A stretch of 64,000 nucleotides of DNA from Bdellovibrionota bacterium (GCA_963668355.1 OY764265.1:1664001-1728000), one strand, 5' to 3'; shown: positions 9,890-20,214, counted from the stretch's first letter. Notes: generated by a model not told the origin, from the sequence alone. Numbers and translations are program-made.

Positions 9890-10111
9890 AAAACCCCCTA
9901 CCGTAGAAACTTTAAATAAGGAATTAGCAGAAAGATCGAAACAACGCAACGCATCTACTCAGCGAGTGCCTAACCCCCTAATTTTATTTCTGAAAAAAGT
10001 TTATTGGCTCGGCTTAGGTTCTCCCCAAAGGCTTTCCGGAATCTCGATGGCCTCCTGCCAAAACGCTGTGTTTGATTTTAGGATGGGTTGATTTTTGTTG
10101 TCGAGAAAAAA

Positions 10112-11485
10112 TTACTTGGGTCCGAGAAAACGGAAAGTGCTTTGGACGATTTTGCCAGTTTCCTCTTCTTTGACCTGGATCGACATGGGAAAAGACGTTT
10201 GGAACGTTTTTTCAGGGACCTCTACAAATAAAGGGATTCGACGGTCTTCCAAACGCTTAAGCGTTACTTCTCGGACGGGAAGGGTGATGCTTTCTCCTTG
10301 CGTGGCCTTCGGTTCAATCAGGAGCGTCATTTGATCCGACATTTTATTGAATAGGTGGATTTCAAATTGATTACGTATTTTTCCCTCCGTTAAGACATAC
10401 GGTGGACCCACCAATCTAAGAACATTGGCTTCGAATGGAGTGTGTTTTCGAAGGAAGCCTGCAAACATCAGCACGCCAATGAGAAACAAAGCGGAGTATG
10501 CAATGACTCGGGGGCGGAGGAATTTCTTCGCCTTTCCAGCTAAACCATTTAAGGAATCATAGCGAACGAGACCTTTCGGTTTTCCAATTTTTTCCATGAC
10601 TTCGTCACAGGCATCAATGCAATTTGCACACCCAATGCAATCCAATTGAAGACCATTTCGAATGTCTATTCCGGTTGGGCAGACAACGACACATCGATCA
10701 CAATCGATGCAGTCTCCTGTGTTGGGGTCTGTTTTCTTTCCCCTGGGCTCACCCCGTTTCTCATCATATCCAATCACCAACGTATCGTCGTCGGTTAGAA
10801 GGCTTTGAAATCGGCCGTAGGGGCAAACGATGACGCAAACTTGTTCGCGAAACCAAGAGAAATCAAGGTAGATCAATGCCGTGACGCCACAAAGCCAGAG
10901 ACTTAGAACCGGATGGGAAGAAGGTCCGAGCTTTAAGAGGTCGAAAATGGATGGAATGGGGACAAAATAGGCGATGAAGATGAGAGAAATCAGAAGGGAT
11001 GCCAGCAGGAAAATGGCGTGTTTGATCGAAAATAGAGAAATCTTTTTTGCAGTCCAAGAAGATTGGGAGAGCCGAACTTGTTCATTTCGATTGCCTTCCA
11101 CCCATCGCTCGATCTTTCGAAAAAAACCATCCATGAGAACGGTCTGAGGGCAACTCCATCCGCACCAAACTCGTCCCCAAATGGCCGTGACGAAAAAGAG
11201 TGTGAAGGCAAGGCCCGAGACCAAAAAGAAGATGAGGTAAATGTCCTGAGCGTTAAAACTCAAGCCAAAAAGATAAAAATGTCGGCGTTGAATATCCAGA
11301 AGGATGAGTCTTTGACCTTGAATCGAAATAAAAGGAAGAATCGCAAACAATAGAAGAAGAAAATTGTAGGCCCATGTTTTGCCTTTTTGGAAACGTCCTT
11401 TTACATCGGCGACACGTACTTTTTCCCGACTTCCATCCGCACGAATGGAACTCTTTCGGGCATAAGCCGGAAGAATTGTAGGCAT
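10112..11485 (-). CDS. ccoG: cbb3 oxidase accessory 4Fe-4S membrane protein CcoG/FixG
   Basis: GRVWCGWSCPQT, CPYGRFQ, CIDCDRCVVVCPTGIDIR and CIGCANCIDAC motifs. Confidence 0.95.
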   Translation of the reverse strand: MPTILPAYARKSSIRADGSREKVRVADVKGRFQKGKTWAYNFLLLLFAILPFISIQGQRLILLDIQRRHFYLFGLSFNAQDIYLIFFLVSGLAFTLFFVTAIWGRVWCGWSCPQTVLMDGFFRKIERWVEGNRNEQVRLSQSSWTAKKISLFSIKHAIFLLASLLISLIFIAYFVPIPSIFDLLKLGPSSHPVLSLWLCGVTALIYLDFSWFREQVCVIVCPYGRFQSLLTDDDTLVIGYDEKRGEPRGKKTDPNTGDCIDCDRCVVVCPTGIDIRNGLQLDCIGCANCIDACDEVMEKIGKPKGLVRYDSLNGLAGKAKKFLRPRVIAYSALFLIGVLMFAGFLRKHTPFEANVLRLVGPPYVLTEGKIRNQFEIHLFNKMSDQMTLLIEPKATQGESITLPVREVTLKRLEDRRIPLFVEVPEKTFQTSFPMSIQVKEEETGKIVQSTFRFLGPK

Positions 11486-11491
11486 ATCAAA

Positions 11492-12070
11492 TTAGCCTTT
11501 TTCTCCCTGAGGGGCTTTTGCGTTAGGTGGGTTGTTCCCTTGAAGCGTAAGGACGTAGGCCGCAACATTTTGGATTTGTTTTGACGTTAGCATGGTTTTC
11601 CAGGAGATCATTCCTTTCTCAGGCACACCTTCCGTGATCGTATGCAGAATGTCCGTAGGTTTTCCCCCATGTATCCAGTACTCGTCCGTCATATTGGGTC
11701 CGATTCCACCTCCGCCGAGAGATCCGTGGCAGGCTGTACAATGAACGGTCCATGTGTTCTTTGCATCCGCCATGGCGCTTCCATCGTTTACCAACGCGCG
11801 AATTTCTTCGTCGGTGACACTGACCTTCTCCGCGGACTCCACAGGAGAATGCATGGCTTTGTGAAGTGCCAATTCTTTTTCCATTTCCTCCTTTTGGTAG
11901 TTCCCAGTTTGGAACACATAATAATGGACCCAATAAACAATCCCGAAAATGATCGAAAGGTAGAAAATGCCTAACCACCACTTCGGCAGATTGTTGTCGT
12001 ACTCTTGGATTCCGTCGTATTGATCTTCGCGGATTTGATCTTGTTCAACCTTATGTTCTTCGTGTTCCAC
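11492..12070 (-). CDS. ccoP: cbb3 cytochrome c oxidase subunit III (single haem)
   Basis: YDGIQEYDNNLPKWW; CTACH; GPNMTDEYWIHGG. Confidence 0.93.
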   Translation of the reverse strand: MEHEEHKVEQDQIREDQYDGIQEYDNNLPKWWLGIFYLSIIFGIVYWVHYYVFQTGNYQKEEMEKELALHKAMHSPVESAEKVSVTDEEIRALVNDGSAMADAKNTWTVHCTACHGSLGGGGIGPNMTDEYWIHGGKPTDILHTITEGVPEKGMISWKTMLTSKQIQNVAAYVLTLQGNNPPNAKAPQGEKG

Positions 12071-12071
12071 G

Positions 12072-12236
12072 TTACTTCTCCTCCGTTAGGGGCAAGTACT
12101 CCGGACCTTCATGGTGGGTGTTCGGATGTGTTCTCCAGATTTTCCAAACGATCACCAGGAATAGAAGGCAAAAGAAAACCAGGGCTGCGAGGGCGAAGCC
12201 CAAGGGACTGTTTTGTTCCATGAGTTGCCGGATCAT
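12072..12236 (-). CDS. ccoQ: cbb3 oxidase small subunit CcoQ-like (54 aa; absent from the ORF track)
   Basis: Read manually: MIRQLMEQNSPLGFALAALVFFCLLFLVIVWKIWRTHPNTHHEGPEYLPLTEEK; one TM helix; LPL tail; ATGA-coupled to ccoNO. Confidence 0.75.
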   Translation of the reverse strand: MIRQLMEQNSPLGFALAALVFFCLLFLVIVWKIWRTHPNTHHEGPEYLPLTEEK

Positions 12237-14530
12237 TGTTGGGACTCCTTTGGTTGATCCTTCATGTCTTTTCCAAGGCGTTGCAAATAGGCAATGATCG
12301 CCAAGATTTCCGCGTCCGGATTGACTTCAATTTGATCCTTCGCCAGGGAATCGGCCAATTCCTTAGCCTGACTCTTTGCAGACTGAATGGAAGTTTTGAC
12401 TTCCTCGTCGGTGTAGGGAACTCCTATTTTTTGCAGTGTGCGCATCCGATCCGGAAGCGTTGCCAATTCCATATGTTGTGATTGCATATTGGAGTAATTC
12501 GGCATGATAGATCCTGCTGAAGTGGATCGGGGATCGATCATATGTTTGTAATGCCAGAGATTGGGGTACTTTCCACCCAAACGATGGAGGTCCGGACCCG
12601 TACGTTTCGAACCCCATTGAAAAGGAGTGTCATAAACATACTCCCAAGCTTCGGATCGAGGTCCATATCGGAGGACTTCGTGCATGAGCGTTCGAACCAT
12701 TTGTGTATGACAGGTGTAGCACCCTTCTCGGATGTAGATGTCTCTTCCCACCAGTTCCAAGGGTTCATAAGGCGTCGCCTTTCCTTCAATGGGGACGGCC
12801 TCTTTGATCGCAACCGCCGGAATGATTTGCACCGCTCCACCAATGAGTATGGCCACGAGTGTCAAAACGGTGAAAAGGAGAGCCCTTCCTTCCAAGGCAT
12901 GATGCCATGAATGGCCCCCCGGACGGTCCACCTTAAAGCCGATGAGAAAGGCCGCGGCTACCACCAAGATGATCAATAAGGTGAGAACCAAAACGGCGAC
13001 AACAATATTATGCGTCCCCAAAAGAAGCATCAATATCAAGCCGATGGCCAGAAGTCCCATCGTTGGACTGAAAATCAGTCTCTTCCAGGAGATGGGATCT
13101 TTTTTAAGAGATTCATCTATGACGACATCTACGGCTCCATTATGGGCTTTTCCAGAGCGCATGGTTTTGAACAGGTTGAATGCCATCAGGCAGAACGTAG
13201 CTAGGTATAATATTCCGCCGATCAACCGCATCATATACATGAGTTGAGATTTCGAAATGGCTTCCAAGAAGTTGGGGTAAAGGAGTGTTCCTTCGTCGGT
13301 GAGGGCTCTCCACATCAATCCCTGGGTCAATCCACTGGCCCACATGGCCGAGATGTAAAGCAAGATTCCAAACAGGCCGATCCAGAAATGAAAGTTGGCC
13401 AATTTCTGGGAGTAAAGCTCCGTCTTGTACAGACGAGGAACCATCCAATACAGAACGCCAGCGGCCATGAAGCCATTCCACCCCAAGGTTCCGCCGTGAA
13501 CATGACCAATGATCCAGTCGGTGTTGTGTGCCAAAGCATTGATGGTTTTGATGGAGAGTAAGGGACCTTCCAAGGTGGACATTCCATAGAACGTAATGGA
13601 TGCCGCCAGGAACTTTACGATTGGATCCGTTCGAAGTTTGTCCCATGCTCCACGCAGGGTAAGAAGTCCGTTGATCATTCCACCCCAGCTGGGAGCCCAT
13701 AGAGCGATGCTGAAAATAACCCCCAACATTTGGGCCCAATCGGGAAGTGCGGAGTAGAGAAGGTGGTGGGGTCCGGCCCAGATATAAAGAAAAATCAAAG
13801 CCCAGAAATGAATGACCGAAAGACGATAGGAGTAGATCGGTCGATTGACCGCTTTGGGCACGTAATAATACATGAGTCCCAGGATTGGCGTGGTCAAAAA
13901 GAAGGCCACGGCGTTATGTCCATACCACCATTGAACCAACGCATCTTGAACCCCGGTGAAAAGCGAATACGAATGAAGCCAAGAAGTCGGAAGGCTTAAA
14001 TTATTTACAATGTGAAGAACGCCTACCGTTAGAATGGAGGCAATATAAAACCAAATGGCGACATAAATTTGCTTTTCATTTCGTTTGGCCAAGGTCCAGA
14101 AGTAGTTGACGGCAAAGAGAACCCAGACGACGGCGATGGCAATGTCCAAGGGCCAAATCAATTCGGCATATTCTTTGGATTGTGTCAGGCCCAAGGGAAG
14201 CGTGATGGCCGCACCGACAATGATGAATTGCCAACCCCAGAAATGAAACCAACTCAAAAAGTCGGACGCCATGCGTGTTTTTAGGAGTCGTTGCGTGGAG
14301 TAATACATTCCCGCGAACATCGAATTTCCGACAAAAGCAAAGATGGCGGCATTGGTATGCAGAGGCCGAAGTCTTCCGAACGTGAACCATGGCTCCATAT
14401 TGGTTTGCCAAAAGGCCATCTGCATGGCGACAATCACGCCCAAAAGTAGGGCAACGACGCCCCAAATGATTGTAGCCCAAGAAAAGTACCGAACGACTTG
14501 ATCGTCAAAGGTGATTTGTTTCGTCTGCAT
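12233..14530 (-). CDS. ccoN: cbb3 cytochrome c oxidase fused subunits I and II (CcoNO)
   Basis: FGRLRPLHTN, QWWYGHNAV and WAGPHHL (CcoN); EGCYTCHTQMVR and WGSKRTGPDL (CcoO). Confidence 0.95.
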   Translation of the reverse strand: MQTKQITFDDQVVRYFSWATIIWGVVALLLGVIVAMQMAFWQTNMEPWFTFGRLRPLHTNAAIFAFVGNSMFAGMYYSTQRLLKTRMASDFLSWFHFWGWQFIIVGAAITLPLGLTQSKEYAELIWPLDIAIAVVWVLFAVNYFWTLAKRNEKQIYVAIWFYIASILTVGVLHIVNNLSLPTSWLHSYSLFTGVQDALVQWWYGHNAVAFFLTTPILGLMYYYVPKAVNRPIYSYRLSVIHFWALIFLYIWAGPHHLLYSALPDWAQMLGVIFSIALWAPSWGGMINGLLTLRGAWDKLRTDPIVKFLAASITFYGMSTLEGPLLSIKTINALAHNTDWIIGHVHGGTLGWNGFMAAGVLYWMVPRLYKTELYSQKLANFHFWIGLFGILLYISAMWASGLTQGLMWRALTDEGTLLYPNFLEAISKSQLMYMMRLIGGILYLATFCLMAFNLFKTMRSGKAHNGAVDVVIDESLKKDPISWKRLIFSPTMGLLAIGLILMLLLGTHNIVVAVLVLTLLIILVVAAAFLIGFKVDRPGGHSWHHALEGRALLFTVLTLVAILIGGAVQIIPAVAIKEAVPIEGKATPYEPLELVGRDIYIREGCYTCHTQMVRTLMHEVLRYGPRSEAWEYVYDTPFQWGSKRTGPDLHRLGGKYPNLWHYKHMIDPRSTSAGSIMPNYSNMQSQHMELATLPDRMRTLQKIGVPYTDEEVKTSIQSAKSQAKELADSLAKDQIEVNPDAEILAIIAYLQRLGKDMKDQPKESQQ

Positions 14531-14669
14531 TCTTTTCGTCCTCTAATGGAAGCATGGACATCTCTTCCGGATGATCAAACTCTTCGTTTTTTACAGAAAA
14601 TCCGAACAGAAGGGCCGCCCCCGCAATCATAACCAGTCCAATAAATATGAGTAATATCAGAATTTTCAT
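14505..14669 (-). CDS. ccoS: cbb3 oxidase assembly protein CcoS/FixS (54 aa; absent from the ORF track)
   Basis: Read manually: MKILILLIFIGLVMIAGAALLFGFSVKNEEFDHPEEMSMLPLEDEKNADETNHL; TM helix followed by the xxFD motif. Confidence 0.8.
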   Translation of the reverse strand: MKILILLIFIGLVMIAGAALLFGFSVKNEEFDHPEEMSMLPLEDEKNADETNHL

Positions 14670-14818
14670 GCAATTCTAGTTCGTTAGCTGATTTAGGTCA
14701 GGGCTTTATTCCATAAAAGGAACCATACGTCGAGGGGAGGGGGTGACGCATCGCGCTGTTCTCGGCTTCTGTAGTTGAGTTTTATCTGCGGGCGTGAGCC
14801 CGGAGATTTTAGGGGTTT

Positions 14819-17167
14819 TTAAGAAGTCACGCCGCTTCTCTTTAGCCATGTCGAAGTGACAGATATGACGGTCAGAGAACTTAAAGGCATGAGAATCGCA
14901 GCCATAAGCGGATTGATGAAGCCCAAAAGGGCAAGCAGAATGGCAATGAGATTGTACCCGACGGCAAAGCTCACATTGAATCGAACAATTTTTTTAAGGA
15001 GTTGGGCTAAATCAAACATGCGGGGTAGCCAAGTTAAGCTCGGCGAAAGAAAATAAAAATCACTTCGATCGGCCAATGTGGCCAGGTCCCAGATTGGCGT
15101 TCCGGAAAGCATGGCCGCTTCAAATGCGGGGGCATCATTCAATCCATCTCCAAGAAAAAGTGTGTCTTCTTGATCTTGCAGCCGAACAAAATCGGCTTTG
15201 GCTTCCGGAGTGCAGGCGCCTAACGATTTTTCGGGTTCAATTCCCAATTGGCGGGCCATCTCAACCACCCGTTCGGGACGGTCTCCGCTCAATTGAAAAA
15301 TTTCCTTTCCGTTGTTTTGAAGGTGCGTAACCACCTCTTTGGCGCTATCCAAAACGGTTTCGTTTAGATGGAATTGAACGATCTCTTCTCCATTTTTTTG
15401 AAAACTCACACGATAATGATGCGCTTTTTCAAATTGGGTTTTTTCTGCGGTTGGGCGGCCAACGAAATAAACGTTCCCTCTATGCTGTGCCGAGAGGCCT
15501 TTCCCGGGAATTTCTTCGATGGATAGTTCGAGGGGCGAAATGTTTTGATTATGGAGAGCGTGATAAATGGATTGGCTCGCTGGGTGGTGACTTCGAGCCG
15601 TGGCATTGAAAAGAACCTGAAGGTCAAGCGGATTGAGCTTTGAAAAATCCTCAGGGTTTTCAAGCGTAAGTCCTGCGAGTGTCAGCGTTCCGGTTTTGTC
15701 AAAAAAGATTTTTTTGACGTGAAGCAGTCTCTCCAGGAAAAAGGAATTCCTTGAAAATACGCCCAAGGCCAATAACTGTCGATTGGCGAGCACTCGCCCC
15801 AAGGGGATGGCAATACCTAAAGCGCAAGGGCAGGTGATGACACAAATGGCGATGGCTACTTCCACAGCTTTTGTCAGGTCAAAGAGACTCCACACCAAAA
15901 AGCCCATCGTAGCAAAGGCCAGAACCAACGTGACATACCATCGAGATAGCCACTGCCAAAACAGAGGGACTTGATCTTGTTTGTCTTCTGGGGGGGACAA
16001 AAGAGCAAGTCGAGAGACAGAGAAGTCAGAAGTGGCTAAGACCTCAACCGACCGATGTCCGAGGAGTTGCGCCCCTGCAGGGACTTCCTGGTCCGGTTGC
16101 AAGAGAACGGGCTTTGACTCTCCTGAAACCCAACTGAGATTGAAATCCGCAGATTCAGACGAACAGAGCTTGCTGTTGACAGGGAGCATGCCTCCACCTG
16201 GAATGATGAGTCGATCTCCCTTTTGGACTTTTGAAAAAGAAATTTCAGTGATGGTTTGGGAAATCCGAGACACTTTTAAATCTTCCAATTTTGAATCGGT
16301 CAGAAGCGTGCTGCGGTTTCGTTCCACCAGACGGTCTTGCACGTACCTTCCCGCTAACATGAGGGCGATGAAAATATTGAGTGTGTCAAAGTAGGTTTCC
16401 CCTTCGGGATGGAAAAAGAACATGTAAATCGATCCCAGGAAAGCAGCCGTAATTCCTAGAGCGATCGGGATGTCAAAATGTAGAATTCGTTTTCGAAGAG
16501 CCAACCAGGCCTTTCCCAAAAAGAAACTTCCTCCTACGCTTACGGATACCAAGGTAAAAAGGAGATTGAGTGTTTGGAAGAAGGTAAACAAGCTTCCTTC
16601 TTCAGAGGTCATTCCGACATATACGCTGATGGATAATATCATCGAGTTCATAGCAATGACTGTGCAGATTCCCAGGCGAAGGAGCAGTCCCGAACTTTGA
16701 CTTCTCTTTTCTTCTTCCTTTAATGGAGCGGTCCGGTAGCCGAAAGACTGAAGCTCTTCTAAAAAACTTTTTAAATCAAATGAGTCCGGAACAAACTTGA
16801 TGCGCAATCGTCCCAAAGCGCTATTAATGGAGACCTGGACATTCTCTCTTCGTCTGGCCAATTCGCGTATGAGCCAAACACATGCGGCACATTGTACCCC
16901 CTCCAGACTCAAGTCCACCTGACCCTCTTTCAAACCGGGAAGGGTATCCATCCATTCAAAGTTTTTTCGTCTCGAAAAATAATTGAGCAGGGGAGCGGTT
17001 CTCTTATTTCGCAGTTCGTAGTAGCGATCCAAAGAACAGCCCTGGATCATTTTATGAACGGCTTCACATCCGCCACAACAATACTCCGTGTGAAGCCACG
17101 CTTTTGGGATGGGTGTCCCGCAGTGAATGCAGAGTTTGGGGTCTTTTTTCGATGCGGTCTGGGACAC
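14819..17167 (-). CDS. ccoI: P1B-type Cu ATPase CcoI/FixI
   Basis: CIHCG, CCGGC, CAAC, CPCALG, DKTGTLT and GDGLND motifs; GTG start at 17167 uncertain. Confidence 0.9.
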   Translation of the reverse strand: MSQTASKKDPKLCIHCGTPIPKAWLHTEYCCGGCEAVHKMIQGCSLDRYYELRNKRTAPLLNYFSRRKNFEWMDTLPGLKEGQVDLSLEGVQCAACVWLIRELARRRENVQVSINSALGRLRIKFVPDSFDLKSFLEELQSFGYRTAPLKEEEKRSQSSGLLLRLGICTVIAMNSMILSISVYVGMTSEEGSLFTFFQTLNLLFTLVSVSVGGSFFLGKAWLALRKRILHFDIPIALGITAAFLGSIYMFFFHPEGETYFDTLNIFIALMLAGRYVQDRLVERNRSTLLTDSKLEDLKVSRISQTITEISFSKVQKGDRLIIPGGGMLPVNSKLCSSESADFNLSWVSGESKPVLLQPDQEVPAGAQLLGHRSVEVLATSDFSVSRLALLSPPEDKQDQVPLFWQWLSRWYVTLVLAFATMGFLVWSLFDLTKAVEVAIAICVITCPCALGIAIPLGRVLANRQLLALGVFSRNSFFLERLLHVKKIFFDKTGTLTLAGLTLENPEDFSKLNPLDLQVLFNATARSHHPASQSIYHALHNQNISPLELSIEEIPGKGLSAQHRGNVYFVGRPTAEKTQFEKAHHYRVSFQKNGEEIVQFHLNETVLDSAKEVVTHLQNNGKEIFQLSGDRPERVVEMARQLGIEPEKSLGACTPEAKADFVRLQDQEDTLFLGDGLNDAPAFEAAMLSGTPIWDLATLADRSDFYFLSPSLTWLPRMFDLAQLLKKIVRFNVSFAVGYNLIAILLALLGFINPLMAAILMPLSSLTVISVTSTWLKRSGVTS

Positions 17168-17216
17168 GGGGAGGGTTTTACAGGAGTTTTGTTGGCTGAT
17201 AAACCTTGTCCTCAAT

Positions 17217-17864
17217 ATGCATGGACATGGACATCACGCCCCTGAACTTTTTGGGGTTCTTTCTTTTTTGGGTTTCGGACTGTTGACCGGCTTGCACTGC
17301 ATCGGCATGTGCGGCCCCCTGTCGTCAATCATGGTTGGCGTAGATAAAGCCAAGGCCTGGCCCCGTTTGGCGGCGTATCATGGCTTTCGCGTTCTTTCTT
17401 ATGCCCTGATCGGTTTTTCGTTAAACGCACTTCCCATAAATTTCAATGGAAAAGCCCCCTTTCCCATTTTGTTCTGGGTGGTTGTGGCTCTTTTGGCCGC
17501 TTATGTCCTAGGGGTTCGCATTCCATCTCCTCCTTTTGTGATGCGCGCTCAAAGCTGGTTACTTGCGAAAGTGAAAACTCCTCGGTTGATGTTGCGATCC
17601 GTCATTTTGGGATTTTTCTCTCCCCTGCTTCCCTGTGGCATTCTTTATGCCGTTTTTGCGGCTTCTTTGGCTGCACCTTCCGCTTGGCATGGGGCTTTGT
17701 GGATGGGCGTGTTTGCGATGGGGACCGTTCCCCTTCTTCTGGGTGCTCAGTTAGGCATTCGAATGTTGGGAAACAATGTTTTCCCAAAAGCCCGTGCCGT
17801 GATTTTGAAACTCTCTGCAGCGGGAACCCTGTTCTTCTTTATTTACATGAAACTCCTGCGTTAG
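17217..17864 (+). CDS. DsbD_2/UreH-like (TauE/SafE-annotated) membrane protein associated with cbb3 assembly
   Basis: HCIGMCGP and LPCGILY motifs; His-rich N-terminus MHGHGHH. Confidence 0.85.
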   Translation: MHGHGHHAPELFGVLSFLGFGLLTGLHCIGMCGPLSSIMVGVDKAKAWPRLAAYHGFRVLSYALIGFSLNALPINFNGKAPFPILFWVVVALLAAYVLGVRIPSPPFVMRAQSWLLAKVKTPRLMLRSVILGFFSPLLPCGILYAVFAASLAAPSAWHGALWMGVFAMGTVPLLLGAQLGIRMLGNNVFPKARAVILKLSAAGTLFFFIYMKLLR

Positions 17865-19623
17865 TTTCTCCGTGAGGGCTTGGGAGGCGTCTACGCCTTA
17901 TTTGAAAGATCCATAGGAGGAGGGAGAGTAAAACCCCCGCTCCTGTTGCCGAAGTGTTTTGACAACCCGAACTTGAGGGGGCAGAAAAGCCACCCGCAGA
18001 ATTGTCGGCAACCAATCCTCCAGATCCGTTGGATACAAGAGGATATCCGTAGCTCACATTGCCGTATTGATCGATGACTGTGAGGTAGAGATTGAAAATA
18101 TTATCAAAAGCGCCCAGATTGATATCGACGGAGATTTCCTCATCGTCCCAACTGGATACGGATTGAATGCTAAACTGTGTTGCCTGCGTATAATCTTGCG
18201 TGTCCGAAAGAATCACGCGGGCAAGGGTGGTGGCAGCATAGTAGTCATCAATGAAGACGTGAATTTCATGTTCGAAATTGGCAAGCATGAGCCCCAAAAT
18301 TGTGGAATTCATTTGAAAATCAAAGCCCGTGGCCCGAGTCATGGCGGTAATGTCAAAAGCGGAGGATTGATTCACGCGGAAATATACGCGTCCATCTGGA
18401 ATCCCCGGAGTGCTCAGTACTTTGTGCATTTCAATGCGCGAAAAGGTTCCATCATAGGCTGGAAAATCTGAAACACTTCCTGGGCTATGTCCCCCCTGAG
18501 CCCCATTGTTGAAATAGGTTGATGTAGTATTCGGCCATGGCGTCGTGGACTGTCCCATCCCCATATCTCCCGGTCCATTGTACGTTCCAGCTTCTTCGTG
18601 ATCGGAATTCACGCGTGAAAATTTCCAAACGCCGTTGACGTCCTCCGGGTAGTCCGTTTGGAAAGCCAGCATATAAGAAATGAACACATCGTTCGAAGCG
18701 TCGTATTGAAGATCGTTTGTGGCAAAGGTGCTGTTGGTTTCGCCGGTTTCTGTTGATCCGGTAGCACATAAACTTCCAGAGTATGCACGTGAGTTGGTGA
18801 TCACCCCACCCGCATGATAGTCCCTCCATTGGGTTCCAGGAATATCAGAGACTTTGCTTCCATTTGATCCGTCTTCAAAATCATCGAAGATGATTTGTTC
18901 TCCCCCCCGACGTTTAAAATGATTCCCCTGGATCGTAAGAGATTGGTTGTCTCTGATGACGTTGGCGATCGTAGGTCGATGGGGCCAAAATTCAAAACCG
19001 GTTAGATTTCGGTCCCCGTCGTCGTCGGTTACAAACACATAAATGGGGGAAAGATCCTCCAGACCACTCAGGTCAACCTCGAACGTGATGGCCTGACTTT
19101 CCCAGGTCGAAATGCTCTGTTCCACTCTTAGGCTTGAATCTTCCCAGGTAGAAGCGTTGGCCAAATGAATGGCCGCAGAGTTGGAATCAGAGGTAAATCC
19201 TGTTCCCAAGACAGTCGCGCGATACGTTTCGGTCCCGGAAAACTCAAGGGCAGATATTTTTGGGTGGCCAAACACGATGGGTTCTCCAATATAAGCGGCT
19301 TCTTCATCGGGATCTCCATTGGAAGGAATGACGTAGACGGTGTCACCATCATTAAATCCGGAAAAATCTGCACGTATTTCAATGGGGCCCGTCCAACCTC
19401 CACGGGATAAAACCTCTTGTTCGACGGATGTATTGCATAAATTGTAAGTGGCGTTGTCACAGAAAAATACGCGAAGTGTCGGAAGCACAGCTAATGAGGT
19501 CGCATCTAGGAGCAATGTTTCGCCCTGTTCAGGCTCGCCATCTACGCTTCGAATGAGAGGCGCGGCAAAGGATGAAAGTGAGGTGAGTAAGACGCCCAAA
19601 AAGATCGAAATTTTACATTTCAT
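17839..19623 (-). CDS. Secreted multidomain protein (Ig-like repeats plus beta-sandwich/lyase-like domain) with MYXO-CTERM-like anchor
   Basis: Signal peptide; FDDFEDG; C-terminal SSSGCQ, TM helix, RRRR. Confidence 0.65.
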   Translation of the reverse strand: MKCKISIFLGVLLTSLSSFAAPLIRSVDGEPEQGETLLLDATSLAVLPTLRVFFCDNATYNLCNTSVEQEVLSRGGWTGPIEIRADFSGFNDGDTVYVIPSNGDPDEEAAYIGEPIVFGHPKISALEFSGTETYRATVLGTGFTSDSNSAAIHLANASTWEDSSLRVEQSISTWESQAITFEVDLSGLEDLSPIYVFVTDDDGDRNLTGFEFWPHRPTIANVIRDNQSLTIQGNHFKRRGGEQIIFDDFEDGSNGSKVSDIPGTQWRDYHAGGVITNSRAYSGSLCATGSTETGETNSTFATNDLQYDASNDVFISYMLAFQTDYPEDVNGVWKFSRVNSDHEEAGTYNGPGDMGMGQSTTPWPNTTSTYFNNGAQGGHSPGSVSDFPAYDGTFSRIEMHKVLSTPGIPDGRVYFRVNQSSAFDITAMTRATGFDFQMNSTILGLMLANFEHEIHVFIDDYYAATTLARVILSDTQDYTQATQFSIQSVSSWDDEEISVDINLGAFDNIFNLYLTVIDQYGNVSYGYPLVSNGSGGLVADNSAGGFSAPSSSGCQNTSATGAGVLLSLLLWIFQIRRRRLPSPHGETNAGVSCK

Positions 19624-19751
19624 GAACATTCTCCGGAGAAAAACCGAGCATTCCACATGCCAGTTAAAACAGAGGCTAAGTGTCTAAATTATAAAGAGAA
19701 AGACTTGAGAAGCCCACTGACCTTTTTGCTGAGGCCGCAAAGAAGTCAGGG

Positions 19752-20168
19752 CTAGTCCACGAATACTTTGCTCACGGGGTGTCCAGCTTTTTTCCACCCT
19801 GCAATGCCATCTCCGAGAACAAAGACTTTTTTATAACCGAATTTTTTGACTGCGCGCCGCGCAGCCGTGTGGCTGGCTGTTCAATACATATTGGAACAGT
19901 AAAAGATGAGAGAGGCCTCCTTATCTTCCGGAAGCTCTTTCTTGTCGTAGGATCGAAATTTCACCCATCTGGTTGGAGGGTCATGGGCAATGTGACCTTT
20001 TTCAAACGTAGACTTCGAATTGGCATCAATGAAATACGTGTTTGGCTGTTTCATCATCGCCACAGCCTGATCCACGCTAATCATCGTGAACTCGTCTTTT
20101 TCGGCTCGCGCCATCAAAAACACAAAAGCAGACAAAACGAGAGCGATGCCAATGATTTTCTTCGTCAT
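19752..20168 (-). CDS. Exported rhodanese-like protein with in-frame UGA (probable selenoprotein, 138 aa)
   Basis: IFYCSNMY-TGA-TASHTAARRAVKKFGYKKVFVLGDGIAGWKKAGHPV; the rhodanese C-terminus lies after the TGA at 19881-19883. Confidence 0.8.
19848..19866 (-). promoter_or_regulatory. Putative bacterial SECIS hairpin
   Basis: GGCTGCGC-GGC-GCGCAGTC; 8-bp stem; G-first apical loop 22 nt after the UGA. Confidence 0.65.
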
Positions 20169-20214
20169 GATGGTCTTAGGCTACCCCGATCCGGAAAGAA
20201 GAATCAAGAGGGGA

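Noticed and set aside
12233..14530. CcoN-CcoO fusion as a novelty
   Set aside because: A known arrangement in several phyla.
14688..14701. FNR-like box CTGAT-N4-GTCAG upstream of ccoS
   Set aside because: Three mismatches to TTGAT-N4-ATCAA and only about 19 bp from the start codon; too weak.
19881..20168. Truncated rhodanese pseudogene
   Set aside because: A single TGA in the active-site loop, an intact downstream frame and a SECIS-like hairpin favour recoding. Other genes here use TGA as a normal stop.
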